DNA of 64,000 nucleotides from a virus (IMGVR_UViG_2718217789_000006), one strand, 5' to 3'; positions 1 to 13,684 are shown, counted from the stretch's first letter. Notes: generated by a model from the sequence alone, not told the origin. Numbers and translations: made by a program.

Positions 1-14
1 GAGAGGTCACGGAT

Positions 15-413
15 ATGTTTCTTATGATGGCCTGCCTGTCTCTGTTTGAAACAGATGAACGGATGTCATTGTTTTTAAGTGGATGTTTATCCAGCATAAG
101 TGCCAAAGTCAGGGCGATAATTCAGACAGATATATCAGCAAGCTGGACGCTTGGTGCGATTGCTCTACAGTTGCATATGAGTGAGAGTTTGTTAAAGACA
201 AAACTGAAAAATGAAGGGGGCATGTTCAGTCGCTTGTTGCTGGAAGAGCGGATGCGTGTTGCTGTAAATATGTTATGTTCCCGGTATGGATATGGACAGG
301 CTGTAGCAGAAAAATGTGGTTATTCAAGCCGGTCCTACTTTATTTCTGTATTTCACCGCTATTATGGCTTCCCGCCAGACAGATATGTATCCAGGCAAGG
401 GCTTGATTATTGA
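15..413 (+). CDS. AraC-family transcriptional regulator, C-terminal HTH portion (reading frame open to window start, may be 5'-partial)
   Basis: Translation ends with AraC-type HTH signature (…GYSSRSYFISVFHRYYGFPP…); no in-frame stop upstream within window. Confidence 0.5.
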   Translation: MFLMMACLSLFETDERMSLFLSGCLSSISAKVRAIIQTDISASWTLGAIALQLHMSESLLKTKLKNEGGMFSRLLLEERMRVAVNMLCSRYGYGQAVAEKCGYSSRSYFISVFHRYYGFPPDRYVSRQGLDY

Positions 414-441
414 TTTTCATCTGATTATTATTTTTTGGCTC

Positions 442-517
442 GGCCCTTTAGCTCAGTGGTGAGAGCGAGCGACTCATAATCGCCAGGTCGCTGGTTCAAA
501 TCCAGCAAGGGCCACCA
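442..517 (+). tRNA. ileZ: tRNA-Ile2 (anticodon CAU), phage-borne ileZ-like
   Basis: Cloverleaf by hand: acceptor GGCCCTT/AAGGGCC, D-stem GCTC/GAGC, anticodon loop CTCATAA, T-loop TTCAAAT, CCA present; very close to remembered E. coli ileX. Confidence 0.8.
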
Positions 518-617
518 TCACAAACCGCCATTAGCTTATCAGGAAGAGCAGACGACACCATAACAGGGTTGTTGGTGCGGGGCCGGGTCCCCGATGGCGG
601 TCCATTATCGGTATTCT

Positions 618-694
618 GCGTTGTTAGCTCAGCCGGACAGAGCAATTGCCTTCTAAGCAATCGGTCAGTGGTTCGACTCCACTACAACGCGCCA
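618..694 (+). tRNA. tRNA-Arg (anticodon UCU), phage-borne
   Basis: Acceptor GCGTTGT/ACAACGC, D-stem GCTC/GAGC, anticodon stem ATTGC/GCAAT with loop CTTCTAA, T-stem AGTGG/CCACT, CCA present. Confidence 0.8.
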
Positions 695-863
695 CACTTA
701 TTTTCCAGGCTCGCTTCGGCGGGCCTTTTTTGTATCTGCGCCACGCCCGGCGCATACCAACCACAGAGCCTTTCGGGGGTGAGCTTACGGAGTGGTCAGT
801 GTGACTTTCTCTGTGGGCAGATCGCTCCCGGGCGTTGGCTCACCCACCCAAAGGAACGTCACG

Positions 864-1295
864 ATGTTTGGAATCTTCAAAAAGAAAACCCGCAGAGCGG
901 CAACGGAAATTAAAAAGTTTGAAAAACGCGATCTGGCACAGGTGGTGATTAACGCCGCATACCTGGTGGCCTGTGCAGATGGTGAATGTGAGGCATCCGA
1001 GAAAGCGAAGATCGAACAGGTACTGCGTAATCAGCCTGCGCTGTCCGCGTTTACGTCAGAAATTAATGCGATTAGCGCAACCATTATCGGTCAGCTGGAT
1101 ACGAACTTTAAAACTGGTCGTCGTGCGGCGTTACGTGAGATTGAGGATGTGAAACACGATACGCGTGAAGCGGAAGATGTGCTGGATGTGGCGGTGGCCA
1201 TTGCGGAGGCAGACGGCGAAATTGAGCCGGAAGAGCGCAAGGTGCTGGAAGAGATTGCCGGTGTTCTGGGTCTTCGTCTGGAGAATCACCTGTGA
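864..1295 (+). CDS. TerB-domain-like protein (accessory gene downstream of the tRNAs)
   Basis: ATG with AAGGAA RBS 8 nt upstream; repeated …ADGE…/…ADGEIEPEE… motifs typical of the TerB fold. Confidence 0.55.
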   Translation: MFGIFKKKTRRAATEIKKFEKRDLAQVVINAAYLVACADGECEASEKAKIEQVLRNQPALSAFTSEINAISATIIGQLDTNFKTGRRAALREIEDVKHDTREAEDVLDVAVAIAEADGEIEPEERKVLEEIAGVLGLRLENHL

Positions 1296-1459
1296 CGGTA
1301 AAACTGCGCCTGGCTGTGGCTGCACTCCTGCTGTTTCTGGTGGTGATGGTGGATTTCACCAGCAGAATCATGTCGGTGCTGGCGGATGGGGTGCTGGTCT
1401 GCGGCATTGTGGTATTGCTGTGGCCGGTGATAAAAAGAAACAGCCTGCATAATGCTTGA
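1292..1459 (+). CDS. Small hydrophobic ORF (about 55 aa), GTG start overlapping the TerB-like stop
   Basis: GTG at 1292 overlaps TGA 1293-1295; predicted product is hydrophobic (…LAVAALLLFLVVMV…VLVCGIVVLLWPV…); below the 60-aa ORF-track cut-off. Confidence 0.25.
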   Translation: MTVKLRLAVAALLLFLVVMVDFTSRIMSVLADGVLVCGIVVLLWPVIKRNSLHNA

Positions 1460-1493
1460 TTTTTTTGTTTGCTGTTTATTAAAAACACTTCTG

Positions 1494-1600
1494 CATGGTG
1501 AATCCCCCTGTGCGGAGGGGCGATCAGCAACCAGGTATATGGGATAATCGCGGATTCAGGTGCTGATACTGAATTCACCGGGAGGCACCCGGCACCATGC
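1494..1600 (+). ncRNA. Conserved structured non-coding element (candidate sRNA), copy 1
   Basis: Outer arms GCATGGTG…CACCATGC are reverse complements; internal hairpins CCCCT/AGGGG, TTCAG/CTGAA, CCGGG/CCCGG; same flanks with a different core at 49952..50067. Confidence 0.35.
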
Positions 1601-1661
1601 TTTGCCACAAAAGTGTTGTTTCTGTTTTTCTCAAACTATCATCGTTATCCCTTTATTTCCG

Positions 1662-1688
1662 GCTGCGCATGGCGCGGCTTTTTTTTAC
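1662..1688 (+). terminator. Intrinsic terminator upstream of nanS-p-like gene
   Basis: Hairpin GCTGCGC-ATG-GCGCGGC (one G-U pair) followed by T8. Confidence 0.55.
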
Positions 1689-1772
1689 GACCAGCCACTG
1701 GCAGATGGTCATCCTGTGATTTGATTCCGGTTCCGGCTTTTTAACTCTGTTCCTGTACACGGGAGAAATTCG

Positions 1773-3623
1773 ATGTCGATTAAACATTATGATGTTGTCA
1801 GGGCGGCGTCGCCGTCAGACCTTGCGGAAAAGCTGACACACAAACTGAAAGAGGGCTGGCAGCCGTTTGGTAGTCCGGTGGCCATAACCCCTTATACCCT
1901 GATGCAGGCGATTACAGCAGAAGGTGATGTGGTGGTCAGTGGTGCAACTGAGCCGGATTGGTACTACGTCATCGTACTGGCCGGGCAGTCCAATGCCATG
2001 GCTTACGGTGAAGGGCTTCCGCTGCCGGATTCATACGATGCTCCGGATCCGCGCATTAAACAGCTGGCGCGCCGCAGTACAGTGACGCCGGGTGGGGCTG
2101 CCTGCAGATATAACGATATTATTCCGGCCGACCACTGCCTGCATGATGTGTAGGATATGAGTACGCTGAATCATCCGAAGGCAGACCTGAGCAAAGGGCA
2201 GTACGGCTGTGTCGGCCAGGGGTTACATATTGCCAAAAAACTGCTCCCGTATATCCCGAATAACGCGGGGATCCTGCTGGTACCATGCTGTCGTGGTGGT
2301 TCGGCATTTACCCAGGGCGCGGAGGGGATATTCAGCGAGTCCACGGGGGCCAGCCAGGATTCGGCGCGCTGGGGTGTGGGTAAACCGTTATATCAGGACC
2401 TGATTGCGCGCACCAAAGCTGCATTACAGAAGAACCCGAAAAATGTGTTGCTGGCGGTGTGCTGGATGCAGGGAGAGTTTGACATGAGCGCCGCCACCCA
2501 CGCACAGCAACCTGCGCTGTTTACAGCCATGCTGACACAGTTTCGTGCTGACCTCTCCGTGTTTAACGCGCAGTGCCATGGTGGCAGTGCTGCAGATGTG
2601 CCGTGGATTTGTGGTGACACGACGTATTACTGGAAAAATACATACGCTACCCAGTACGACACCGTGTACGGCGGGTATAAAAACAGGGAGAGTGAGGGCG
2701 TTTATTTTGTGCCCTTCATGACAGACGGTAACGGCGTCAATACCGCCACTAACGCGCCGGCAGAAGATCCGGATATTCCGGCATCAGGATATTACGGTGC
2801 GGCATCGAGAACGAATGGAAACCAGGTATCATCAAACCGCCCGACACATTTCAGTTCATGGGCGCGCAGGAGCATTATTCCGGATCGTCTGGCAACCGCT
2901 ATTCTGAACGCAGCCGGGCGCACCTCAGCCTTCATCAGTGGTAAGGCACCGGAAATCAAACCCTCGCCCGGCGGCAACACGCCATCGGGTCCGTCTGCAG
3001 ATACGTCCGTTCGCACAATCTCCCTGCTGCCGGCAGCCGGAGAGGCTGCTGCGCAGGGCTGGAGCATTAAGGATGGCGGAATTCAGTTGTCAGATGGTGT
3101 ATTTAAGATCACCAGGCAGAGCAATAAAACCTGGTCCCTGACGCATCCGGTGGATGACGCAATTACCCTGCTGACACAGGGCGGCAGACTGACCTGTAAG
3201 TTCCGCCTGTCAGGCGCACTGACCAACAATCAGTTCGGGCTGGGGATTTATCTGTATACGGACGCTCCCGTTCCTGATGGTGTGGCGATGACGGGTACCG
3301 GTAATCCGTTCCTGATGTCGTACTTCACTCAGACCACTGACGGCAGAGTGAATCTGATGCATCACAGGAAAGCCGGAAACACGAAGCTGGGGGAGTTCGG
3401 CGATTACGGTAACGACTGGCAGACGCTGGAGCTGGTGTTCACCGCCGGCAGTGCCACGGTTACTCCGAAACTGAATGGAGTGGCTGGCCCGGCATTCCAG
3501 GTTATAAAAGACAGTCTGACACTGGGACTGAATGCGCTGACGCTGACGGATGTTACAAAAAATGCAGCGTATGGCGTTGAGATAGAAAGTCTGATGCTGG
3601 AGATAAATGCACCGGCAGCATAA
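1773..3623 (+). pseudogene. NanS-p-like sialate O-acetylesterase paralog interrupted by one in-frame amber codon (TAG 2151..2153)
   Basis: ORFs 1773..2153 and 2157..3623 share a frame and together align with the intact 648-aa paralog at 50347..52293; the intact copy has Gln (…HCLHDVQDMSRLNHPKAD…) where this copy has TAG. Confidence 0.7.
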
Positions 3624-4070
3624 TAAAAAAAGCCAGCGACTGACCTGAAAAAGAAGACGCTGGCTAAAAGGCCTTATATGTTTGTAGAGACTTATTTTTC
3701 ACAGACAGCAATGATGCCTGTCAATATATTATCAATATGCGGATTGTTTCAGTTACAGATGCTTTATTAAGGAAAAAAACAGCCAGCACTGACTTTCGGT
3801 GGAGAGGTGCTGGCTCAAAAGGATAGATGTACTTCACATGTTGCTTCTATATGGCAGTACATTTTCTGACAGACAGTGACGGATGTTGTCAAGATATTGT
3901 GTCATTTATAACCTGAATCGGGGGAGGCCGGAATGTTATCTGGCATTTTTAGCAGAGCCTGAATGCCATAATCACGGCTCCCGGCGTTGGCCGTCAGTGG
4001 GTGACACTGGCGGCTTTTTTGTTTTCCTTTACTTTCATTTTCTGTCGGCGGTGACGGAGACATACATCAG

Positions 4071-4277
4071 ATGGAAAAAATCACAACGGGTGTGTCATAC
4101 ACCACGTCAGCGGTGGGGACGGGATACTGGTTACTGCAGCTGCTGGACAAAGTCTCTCCGTCCCAGTGGGTGGCGATAGGCGTGCTGGGGAGTCTGCTGT
4201 TTGGGCTGCTGACATATCTGACGAACCTGTATTTCAAGATTAAAGAAGACCGGCGTAAGGCGGCGCGGGGAGAGTAA
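4071..4277 (+). CDS. S: Class II pinholin, phage-21 S-like
   Basis: 68 aa, two TM segments, C-terminal …[13 protein letters not shown] as remembered for S21; immediately upstream of a SAR endolysin. Confidence 0.85.
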   Translation: MEKITTGVSYTTSAVGTGYWLLQLLDKVSPSQWVAIGVLGSLLFGLLTYLTNLYFKIKEDRRKAARGE

Positions 4278-4278
4278 A

Positions 4279-4626
4279 GTGATGAAGAAAAAATACGAAC
4301 TGGTTGTTAAAGGGATAAATAATTACCCGGATAAGATTACTGTTACTGTGGCACCGGAAATTGGTGGGTATCCGTCACTGTTGTTGCCAGATGTGGCGAT
4401 TAGTCTTGACCGTACTGAAGGTGCCACGCTGGAGTTTTACGAAGCTGAGGCGAAAAAGCAGGCGAAGCAGTTTTTCATGGATGTTGCTGCCGGGTTATGT
4501 GAAGGGGATGGTCCGTTACCGGAAAAGCGTCCCGTAATTTTAGAGGCGCAGGATGTGTTGATAACCTACAGAGGAAAACTACCGGGAATAATTACGGGTT
4601 CTCTGAAGACTCCACCGCTGGCCTGA
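4279..4626 (+). CDS. Hypothetical 115-aa protein inserted between holin and endolysin
   Basis: GTG-ATG start 2 nt after holin stop; no TM or signal peptide by eye; absent from the prophage-2 cassette, where holin and endolysin are 4 nt apart. Confidence 0.55.
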   Translation: MMKKKYELVVKGINNYPDKITVTVAPEIGGYPSLLLPDVAISLDRTEGATLEFYEAEAKKQAKQFFMDVAAGLCEGDGPLPEKRPVILEAQDVLITYRGKLPGIITGSLKTPPLA

Positions 4627-4676
4627 AGACTTAACATATCCAGGGATTTGAAATCGATAAACCCTGATAAATATCC

Positions 4677-5210
4677 ATGAACGCAAAAATCAGATACGGC
4701 CTGTCGGCTGCCGTTCTGGCGCTGATTGGTGCAGGGGCGTCTGCGCCTGAAATCCTCGACCAGTTTCTGGATGAAAAGGAAGGTAACCACACCACAGCAT
4801 ACCGTGATGGTGCGGGTATCTGGACCATCTGCCGTGGAGCCACCCGGGTGGATGGTAAGCCTGTTATTCCTGGCATGAAGCTGTCGAAGGAAAAATGCGA
4901 CCGGGTTAACGCCATTGAGCGTGATAAGGCGCTGGCATGGGTGGAGAAAAACATCAGAGTGCCGCTGACCGAACCCCAGAAAGCGGGGATCGCGTCATTC
5001 TGTCCGTACAACATTGGTCCCGGTAAGTGTTTCCCGTCGACGTTTTACAGACGAATTAATGCAGGAGATCGAAAAGGTGCCTGCGAAGCGATTCGCTGGT
5101 GGATTAAGGACGGTGGCAGAGACTGCCGTATTCGTTCAAACAACTGTTACGGTCAGGTATCCCGTCGTGACCAGGAGAGCGCGCTGGCGTGCTGGGGAAT
5201 CGACAGATAA
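4677..5210 (+). CDS. R: SAR endolysin (signal-anchor-release lysozyme, R21-like)
   Basis: N-terminal Gly/Ala-rich weakly hydrophobic segment (…YGLSAAVLALIGAGASA…) followed by lysozyme catalytic region (…EGNHTTAYRDGAGIWTI…). Confidence 0.85.
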   Translation: MNAKIRYGLSAAVLALIGAGASAPEILDQFLDEKEGNHTTAYRDGAGIWTICRGATRVDGKPVIPGMKLSKEKCDRVNAIERDKALAWVEKNIRVPLTEPQKAGIASFCPYNIGPGKCFPSTFYRRINAGDRKGACEAIRWWIKDGGRDCRIRSNNCYGQVSRRDQESALACWGIDR

Positions 5211-5481
5211 GCAGAATATTTTGCTGAAAAATGAGGTTTGCTTACATGGACGGATAACACGAAATCCTGCAAATTGGCAAAAATGTAAGTGAATAAAGTC
5301 AAAACAGTTGTTTAACACTCAGGCACCGTAATGATGCCTTTGTCATTTCTGCGCATCTCACGCGCATCTCACAACACAGAACCTTTCAGGATGACCCTTG
5401 AGGATACCGGTTTGGCTGTCGGTGCCTTTCTGTGGGCTGGATTCCTGTGAGACAAGGTTCATCACTAAAAGGAAATAACCG

Positions 5482-6051
5482 ATGAATATGATGGCCGTGC
5501 CGTTTCACGGCAACTCTCTTTATGTAGTTAACCATAATGGCGAACCATACGTTCCCATGAAACCTGTCGTTGCGGGGATGGGGCTGGCCTGGCAATCACA
5601 GTTGGCTAAGTTAAGACAGCGTTTTGCGTCAACTATAACGGAAATCGTTATGGTTGCTGAGGATGGGAAACAACGCAATATGGTGTCCATGCCACTTCGA
5701 AAACTTGCCGGCTGGCTACAAACCATTAATCCCAACAAAGTAAAACCCGAAATCCGCGATAAGGTCATCCGGTATCAGGAAGAGTGCGACGATGTTCTTT
5801 ACGAGTACTGGACGAAGGGTTTTGTCGTTAATCCCCGTAAAATGAGCGTGATGGAAGAACTCAACCAGGCTTGTGCTGACATGAAACGGGATAAAAACAT
5901 TGCCAGTGTGTTTGCTACCGGGCTGAATGAGTGGAAACAGGTTAAAGCCGCGCATGTATCAAAAATCCGTACGCTGGTAAATGAAGCGAATATGCTGATT
6001 GATTTTGTCCTGGCTGATACAGGCAAAGGGAAAATAACAAAGGCGGATTGA
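5482..6051 (+). CDS. Phage antirepressor-like protein (KilAC/Ant family) within the lysis cassette
   Basis: 189-aa ORF with AGGAAA RBS; N-terminal region resembles Ant/KilAC antirepressors; sits between R and Rz. Confidence 0.5.
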   Translation: MNMMAVPFHGNSLYVVNHNGEPYVPMKPVVAGMGLAWQSQLAKLRQRFASTITEIVMVAEDGKQRNMVSMPLRKLAGWLQTINPNKVKPEIRDKVIRYQEECDDVLYEYWTKGFVVNPRKMSVMEELNQACADMKRDKNIASVFATGLNEWKQVKAAHVSKIRTLVNEANMLIDFVLADTGKGKITKAD

Positions 6052-6193
6052 TGGGGTGGCTAATGATATCAGATAAACTCATAACGCTGGTGAAGAGCCT
6101 CTGTGTACTTGTCGGCATTTCATTTTCACTAATGCTGGTTGCTCTTTTTCTTTCCATGGCCTGGATGGCGTTGACTTCGGCAGGGCTGGTGGG

Positions 6194-6667
6194 GTGAGCA
6201 TAAACCGAATGCTTTCCGCGTTTACCGTTATTCTGCTGGTGGTCTGTGGTGCGCTTAGTCTGGGGCTGAATCATTACCGCGATAACGCCATAACCTACAA
6301 AGAGCAGCGCGATAAAAAAGTCAGTGAGCTGGAGCTGGCAAATGCAACCATTACTGATATGCAGCAGCGCCAGCGTGATGTTGCTGCACTTGATGCCAGA
6401 TACTCGAGGGAATTAGCTGATGCGAGAGCTGAAAATGAAACTCTGCGTGCTGATGTTGCCGCTGGTCGTAAGCGCCTGCGCATCAACGCCAACTGTCCAG
6501 GCTCCTTGCGTAAAGCCCCCATCACCTCCGGCGTGGATAATGCAACCGGTCCCCGACTGGCAGAAGCCGCTGAACGGGATTATTTCATCCTCAGAGAACG
6601 GCTGATGGCAATGCAGAAGCAACTGGAAGGAGCACAGGAATATATCCGTACCCAGTGTATACCGTGA
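6194..6667 (+). CDS. Rz: Rz i-spanin (start ambiguous: GTG 6194 or ATG 6209)
   Basis: N-terminal TM, coiled-coil body, embedded +1-frame Rz1; close to the prophage-2 Rz. Confidence 0.8.
   Translation: MSINRMLSAFTVILLVVCGALSLGLNHYRDNAITYKEQRDKKVSELELANATITDMQQRQRDVAALDARYSRELADARAENETLRADVAAGRKRLRINANCPGSLRKAPITSGVDNATGPRLAEAAERDYFILRERLMAMQKQLEGAQEYIRTQCIP
6435..6605 (+). CDS. Rz1: Rz1 o-spanin lipoprotein embedded in Rz
   Basis: MKLCVLMLPLVVSAC lipobox signal, Pro-rich mature part, entirely inside Rz in another frame. Confidence 0.75.
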   Translation: MKLCVLMLPLVVSACASTPTVQAPCVKPPSPPAWIMQPVPDWQKPLNGIISSSENG

Positions 6668-7130
6668 TGTTTTGTTACGAAGGTGTTACTGGTAACGTTA
6701 AGGTAATTTAACAAAGAGTCAGTTCCGGACTTTATAGTGTGCTCAGTTCATGGCCAAAAACGATTTCTGTGATAAATATTTTGAATATTATTTACAGGTA
6801 AATGGAGTGGGGCACATGGATAGAAATATTACAATAGAGTATGAAGTATATGCCCGTATTGTATGGGCAGAGAAGGCAAAAACATGGTAATTCCGTGTGT
6901 TGCCATGATACCTGACTGGCAGAATTGTTGTTTGGTTTTGAGTATATAGTCAGCGTCTTTTGTTCGGTAATTGCTCTTTCAATTAAAATGCCAGATATGA
7001 TTTGCTTTTCTTTGTTGTTTAGTTTTTTTGTATATTATTTTTATTGTTTTTATATAATTAGTTTTTTATTGTTGTCTTATTAAGGACGGTAAATTCAGGA
7101 TGGCAGTCTGTAGATAAACGGAGGTTACTT

Positions 7131-7445
7131 ATGCTACATGATCACCTGGCAGAATGTCTGGAGAAAAAAGGACTGTACCGGAGAGCAGCTGAACGATGGG
7201 CAAAAGTGATGGTACAGCTAAGTGATGACCAGAAAAGAAAAGTGGCGGCACAGAAACGAGCAGAGTGTTTGCGTAAGGCGCGCCGGACTCCGGTTTCACC
7301 GGTGAACCTGACCGAAATAAAACAAGCGGTCAACAGACTACATTCTGAGTTGGGAATGGGATTTGAAGAGCGGCGGGTATTCCGACGATATAAAGGGACA
7401 GGAGAACAGAATACGTCCGGAAACGCGCGGTCAAAAAAATGCTAA
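7131..7445 (+). CDS. PerC-family (Pch-like) transcriptional activator candidate
   Basis: 104 aa; N-terminal …AECLEKKGLYRRAAERW… resembles the PerC/Pch signature; preceded by a very AT-rich block (6950..7110). Confidence 0.45.
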   Translation: MLHDHLAECLEKKGLYRRAAERWAKVMVQLSDDQKRKVAAQKRAECLRKARRTPVSPVNLTEIKQAVNRLHSELGMGFEERRVFRRYKGTGEQNTSGNARSKKC

Positions 7446-7526
7446 AAAATATCTGAGAGCGTTATTGCCTGTTACCATAAGAAAAAGCGACTTTAGTGGT
7501 CGCTTTTTGTGTCATATATAAGTCGT

Positions 7527-7751
7527 TTAAGTAAACCTGTCTGAACAGGTTCTCTGGTCGTGTTTGTCTTTGTTGGGTACAAATTGAGAATATTTTTCAT
7601 TAATTAATCTTCTTCTGCAGGCTTCAATAACCCACGCTGAAAAATTTCCTGAACCTTTCAGATCAAGAGCGATGTTAATTTGTTCAATCATCTGGTTTGG
7701 AAATCGGATGTTGCGGGTTGTTGTTCTGCGGGTTCTGTTCTTTGATGACAT
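7527..7751 (-). CDS. Ribbon-helix-helix (Arc/MetJ-like) DNA-binding protein next to cos
   Basis: …RNIRFPNQMIEQINIAL…NFSAWVIEACRRRL… fits a strand-helix-helix pattern. Confidence 0.5.
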   Translation of the reverse strand: MSSKNRTRRTTTRNIRFPNQMIEQINIALDLKGSGNFSAWVIEACRRRLINEKYSQFVPNKDKHDQRTCSDRFT

Positions 7752-7950
7752 AATGTTGCCCCATATTCAGTGTTGCTGATTTGTATTATCTGAAGTTGCT
7801 TTTACGTTAATTTGATGCAGATCAATTAATACGATACCTGCGTCATAATTGATTATTTGACGTGGTTTGATGGCGTAGATGCACGTTGTGACATGTAGAT
7901 GATAATTATTATCATTTTGCGGGTCCTTTCCGGCGATCCGACCGGTTACG

Positions 7951-7962
7951 GGGCGGCGACCT
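7951..7962 (+). other. cos: cosN cohesive-end sequence GGGCGGCGACCT (lambda type), with cosQ-like motif at 7901..7927 and cosB region downstream
   Basis: Exact lambda 12-nt cohesive end followed by CGCGGGTTTTCGCTATTTATGAAAATTTTCCGG, as at the lambda left end; Nu1 starts 176 nt downstream. Confidence 0.85.
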
Positions 7963-8137
7963 CGCGGGTTTTCGCTATTTATGAAAATTTTCCGGGGAAA
8001 ATCATGTCGGTACTTCTCGAACATAACTATTTGTTTTTTCTAATATCGAATCCGTAAAGGTCCGACATGAAAACGCCTGAAAAAGTCATTTTCGGGCACT
8101 TTCATGTCGGACCCTGTATTTGTTGTGAGACTGTTTC

Positions 8138-8657
8138 ATGAAGGTTAATAAAAAGAAACTTGCCGAAATTTTCAACGTGGATCCGCGAACGATTGAACGC
8201 TGGCAGTCTCAGGGGCTCCCTTGCGTCTCCGGAGGTGGTAAGGGCGTTGAATCTGTATTTGATACCGCCACGGCAATTCAGTGGTATGCGCAGAGGGAAG
8301 CTGATATCGAAAATGAAAAACTCCGTAAAGAGGTTGAGGATTACAGGGCTGCCAGCGAGGCAGATCTCCAGCCTGGGACTATTGAGTACGAACGCCATCG
8401 ACTTACGCGTGCGCAGGCTGACGCCCAGGAGCTGAAGAATGCCAGAGACTCCGCAGAAGTGGTGGAAACCGCATTCTGTACTTTCGTGCTGTCACGGATC
8501 GCAGGTGAAATTGCCAGTATTCTTGACGGGATCCCTCTCTCAGTACAGCGGCGTTTTCCGGAACTGGAAAACCGACATGTTGATTTCCTGAAACGGGATA
8601 TTATCAAAGCCATGAACAAAGCAGCCGCGCTGGATGAACTGATACCGGGGTTGCTGA

Positions 8658-8683
<26 letters not shown>
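8138..8683 (+). CDS. Nu1: Terminase small subunit Nu1
   Basis: Near-identical to lambda Nu1 along its length. Confidence 0.95.
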
Positions 8684-12364
<3,681 letters not shown>

Positions 12365-12384
<20 letters not shown>

Positions 12385-13684
12385 TCTCCCGCATATTGCC
12401 AGCATGGCTTTTAATGAGCCGCTGATGCTTGAACCCGCCTATGCGCGGGTTTTCTTTTGTGCGCTTGCAGGCCAGCTTGGGATCAGCCGCCTGACGGATG
12501 CAGTATCCGGCGACAGCCTGACTGCCGGAGAGGCACCCGCGGCGCTGGCGTTATCCGGTGATGATGACGGACCACGACAGGCCCGGAGTTATCAGGTCAT
12601 GAACGGCATCGCCGTGCTGCCGGTGTCCGGTACGCTGGTCAGCCGGACGCGGGCGCTGCAGCCGTATTCGGGAATGACCGGTTACAACGGCATTATCGCC
12701 CGTCTGCAACAGGCTGCCAGCGATCCGATGGTGGACGGCATTCTGCTCGATATGGACACACCGGGCGGGATGGTGGCGGGAGCATTTGACTGTGCTGACA
12801 TCATCGCCCGTGTGCGAGACATAAAACCGGTATGGGCGCTGGCCAACGACATGAACTGCAGTGCAGGTCAGCTGCTTGCCAGCGCCGCCTCCCGGCGTCT
12901 GGTCACGCAGACCGCCCGGACAGGCTCCATCGGCGTCATGATGGCTCACAGTAATTACGGTGCTGCCCTGGAGAAACAGGGCGTGGAAATCACGCTGATT
13001 TACAGCGGCAGCCATAAGGTGGATGGCAACCCCTACAGCCATCTACCGGGTGATGTCCGGGAAACACTGCAGTCCCGGATGGATGCAACCCGCCGGATGT
13101 TTGCGCAGAAGGTGTCGGCATATACCGGCCTGTCCGTGCAGGCTGTGCTGGATACCGAGGCTGCAGTGTACAGCGGTCAGGAGGCCATTGATGCCGGACT
13201 GGCTGATGAACTTGTCAACAGCACCGATGCGATCACCGTTATGCGTGATGCACTGGATGCACGTAAATCCCGTCTCTCAGGAGGGCGAATGACCAAAGAG
13301 ACTCAATCAACAACTGTTTCAGCCACTGCTTCGCAGGCTGACGTTACTGGCGTGGTGCCAGCGACGGAGGGCGAAAACGCCAGCGCGGCGCAGCCGGACG
13401 TGAACGCGCAGATCACCGCTGCGGTTGCGGCAGAAAACAGCCGCATTATGGGGATCCTCAACTGTGAGGAGGCTCACGGACGCGAAGAACAGGCCCGCGT
13501 GCTGGCAGAAACCCCCGGTATGACCGTGGAAACGGCCCGCCGCATTCTGGCCGCAGCACCACAGAGTGCACAGGCGCGCAGTGATACTGCGCTGGATCGT
13601 CTGATGCAGGGGGCACCGGCACCGCTGGCTGCAGGTAACCCGGCATCTGATGCCGTTAACGATTTGCTGAACACACCAGTGTAA
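12365..13684 (+). CDS. C: Prohead protease/scaffold C (with nested Nu3), GTG start
   Basis: Lambda gpC homology begins at GTG 12365 (…TAELRNLPHIASMAF…), overlapping the end of B. Confidence 0.85.

Noticed and set aside
792-863. N-terminal extension of the TerB-like ORF
   Set aside because: The upstream part overlaps the tRNA terminator region; the ATG at 864 has a proper AAGGAA RBS.
1108-1608. Minus-strand ORFs (1108..1608 and 50004..50348) sharing a peptide across the conserved non-coding element
   Set aside because: The shared peptide comes from the near-identical nucleotide flanks; outside them the two ORFs are unrelated, so RNA-level conservation explains it better than coding.
1700-1772. 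Possible stx genes between the tRNAs and nanS-p
   Set aside because: This is the classical stx position, but no ORF resembling StxA or StxB is present in either prophage.
7767-8024. 85-aa minus-strand ORF spanning the cos site
   Set aside because: It overlaps cosQ/cosN and matches lambda right-end non-coding sequence; no RBS.
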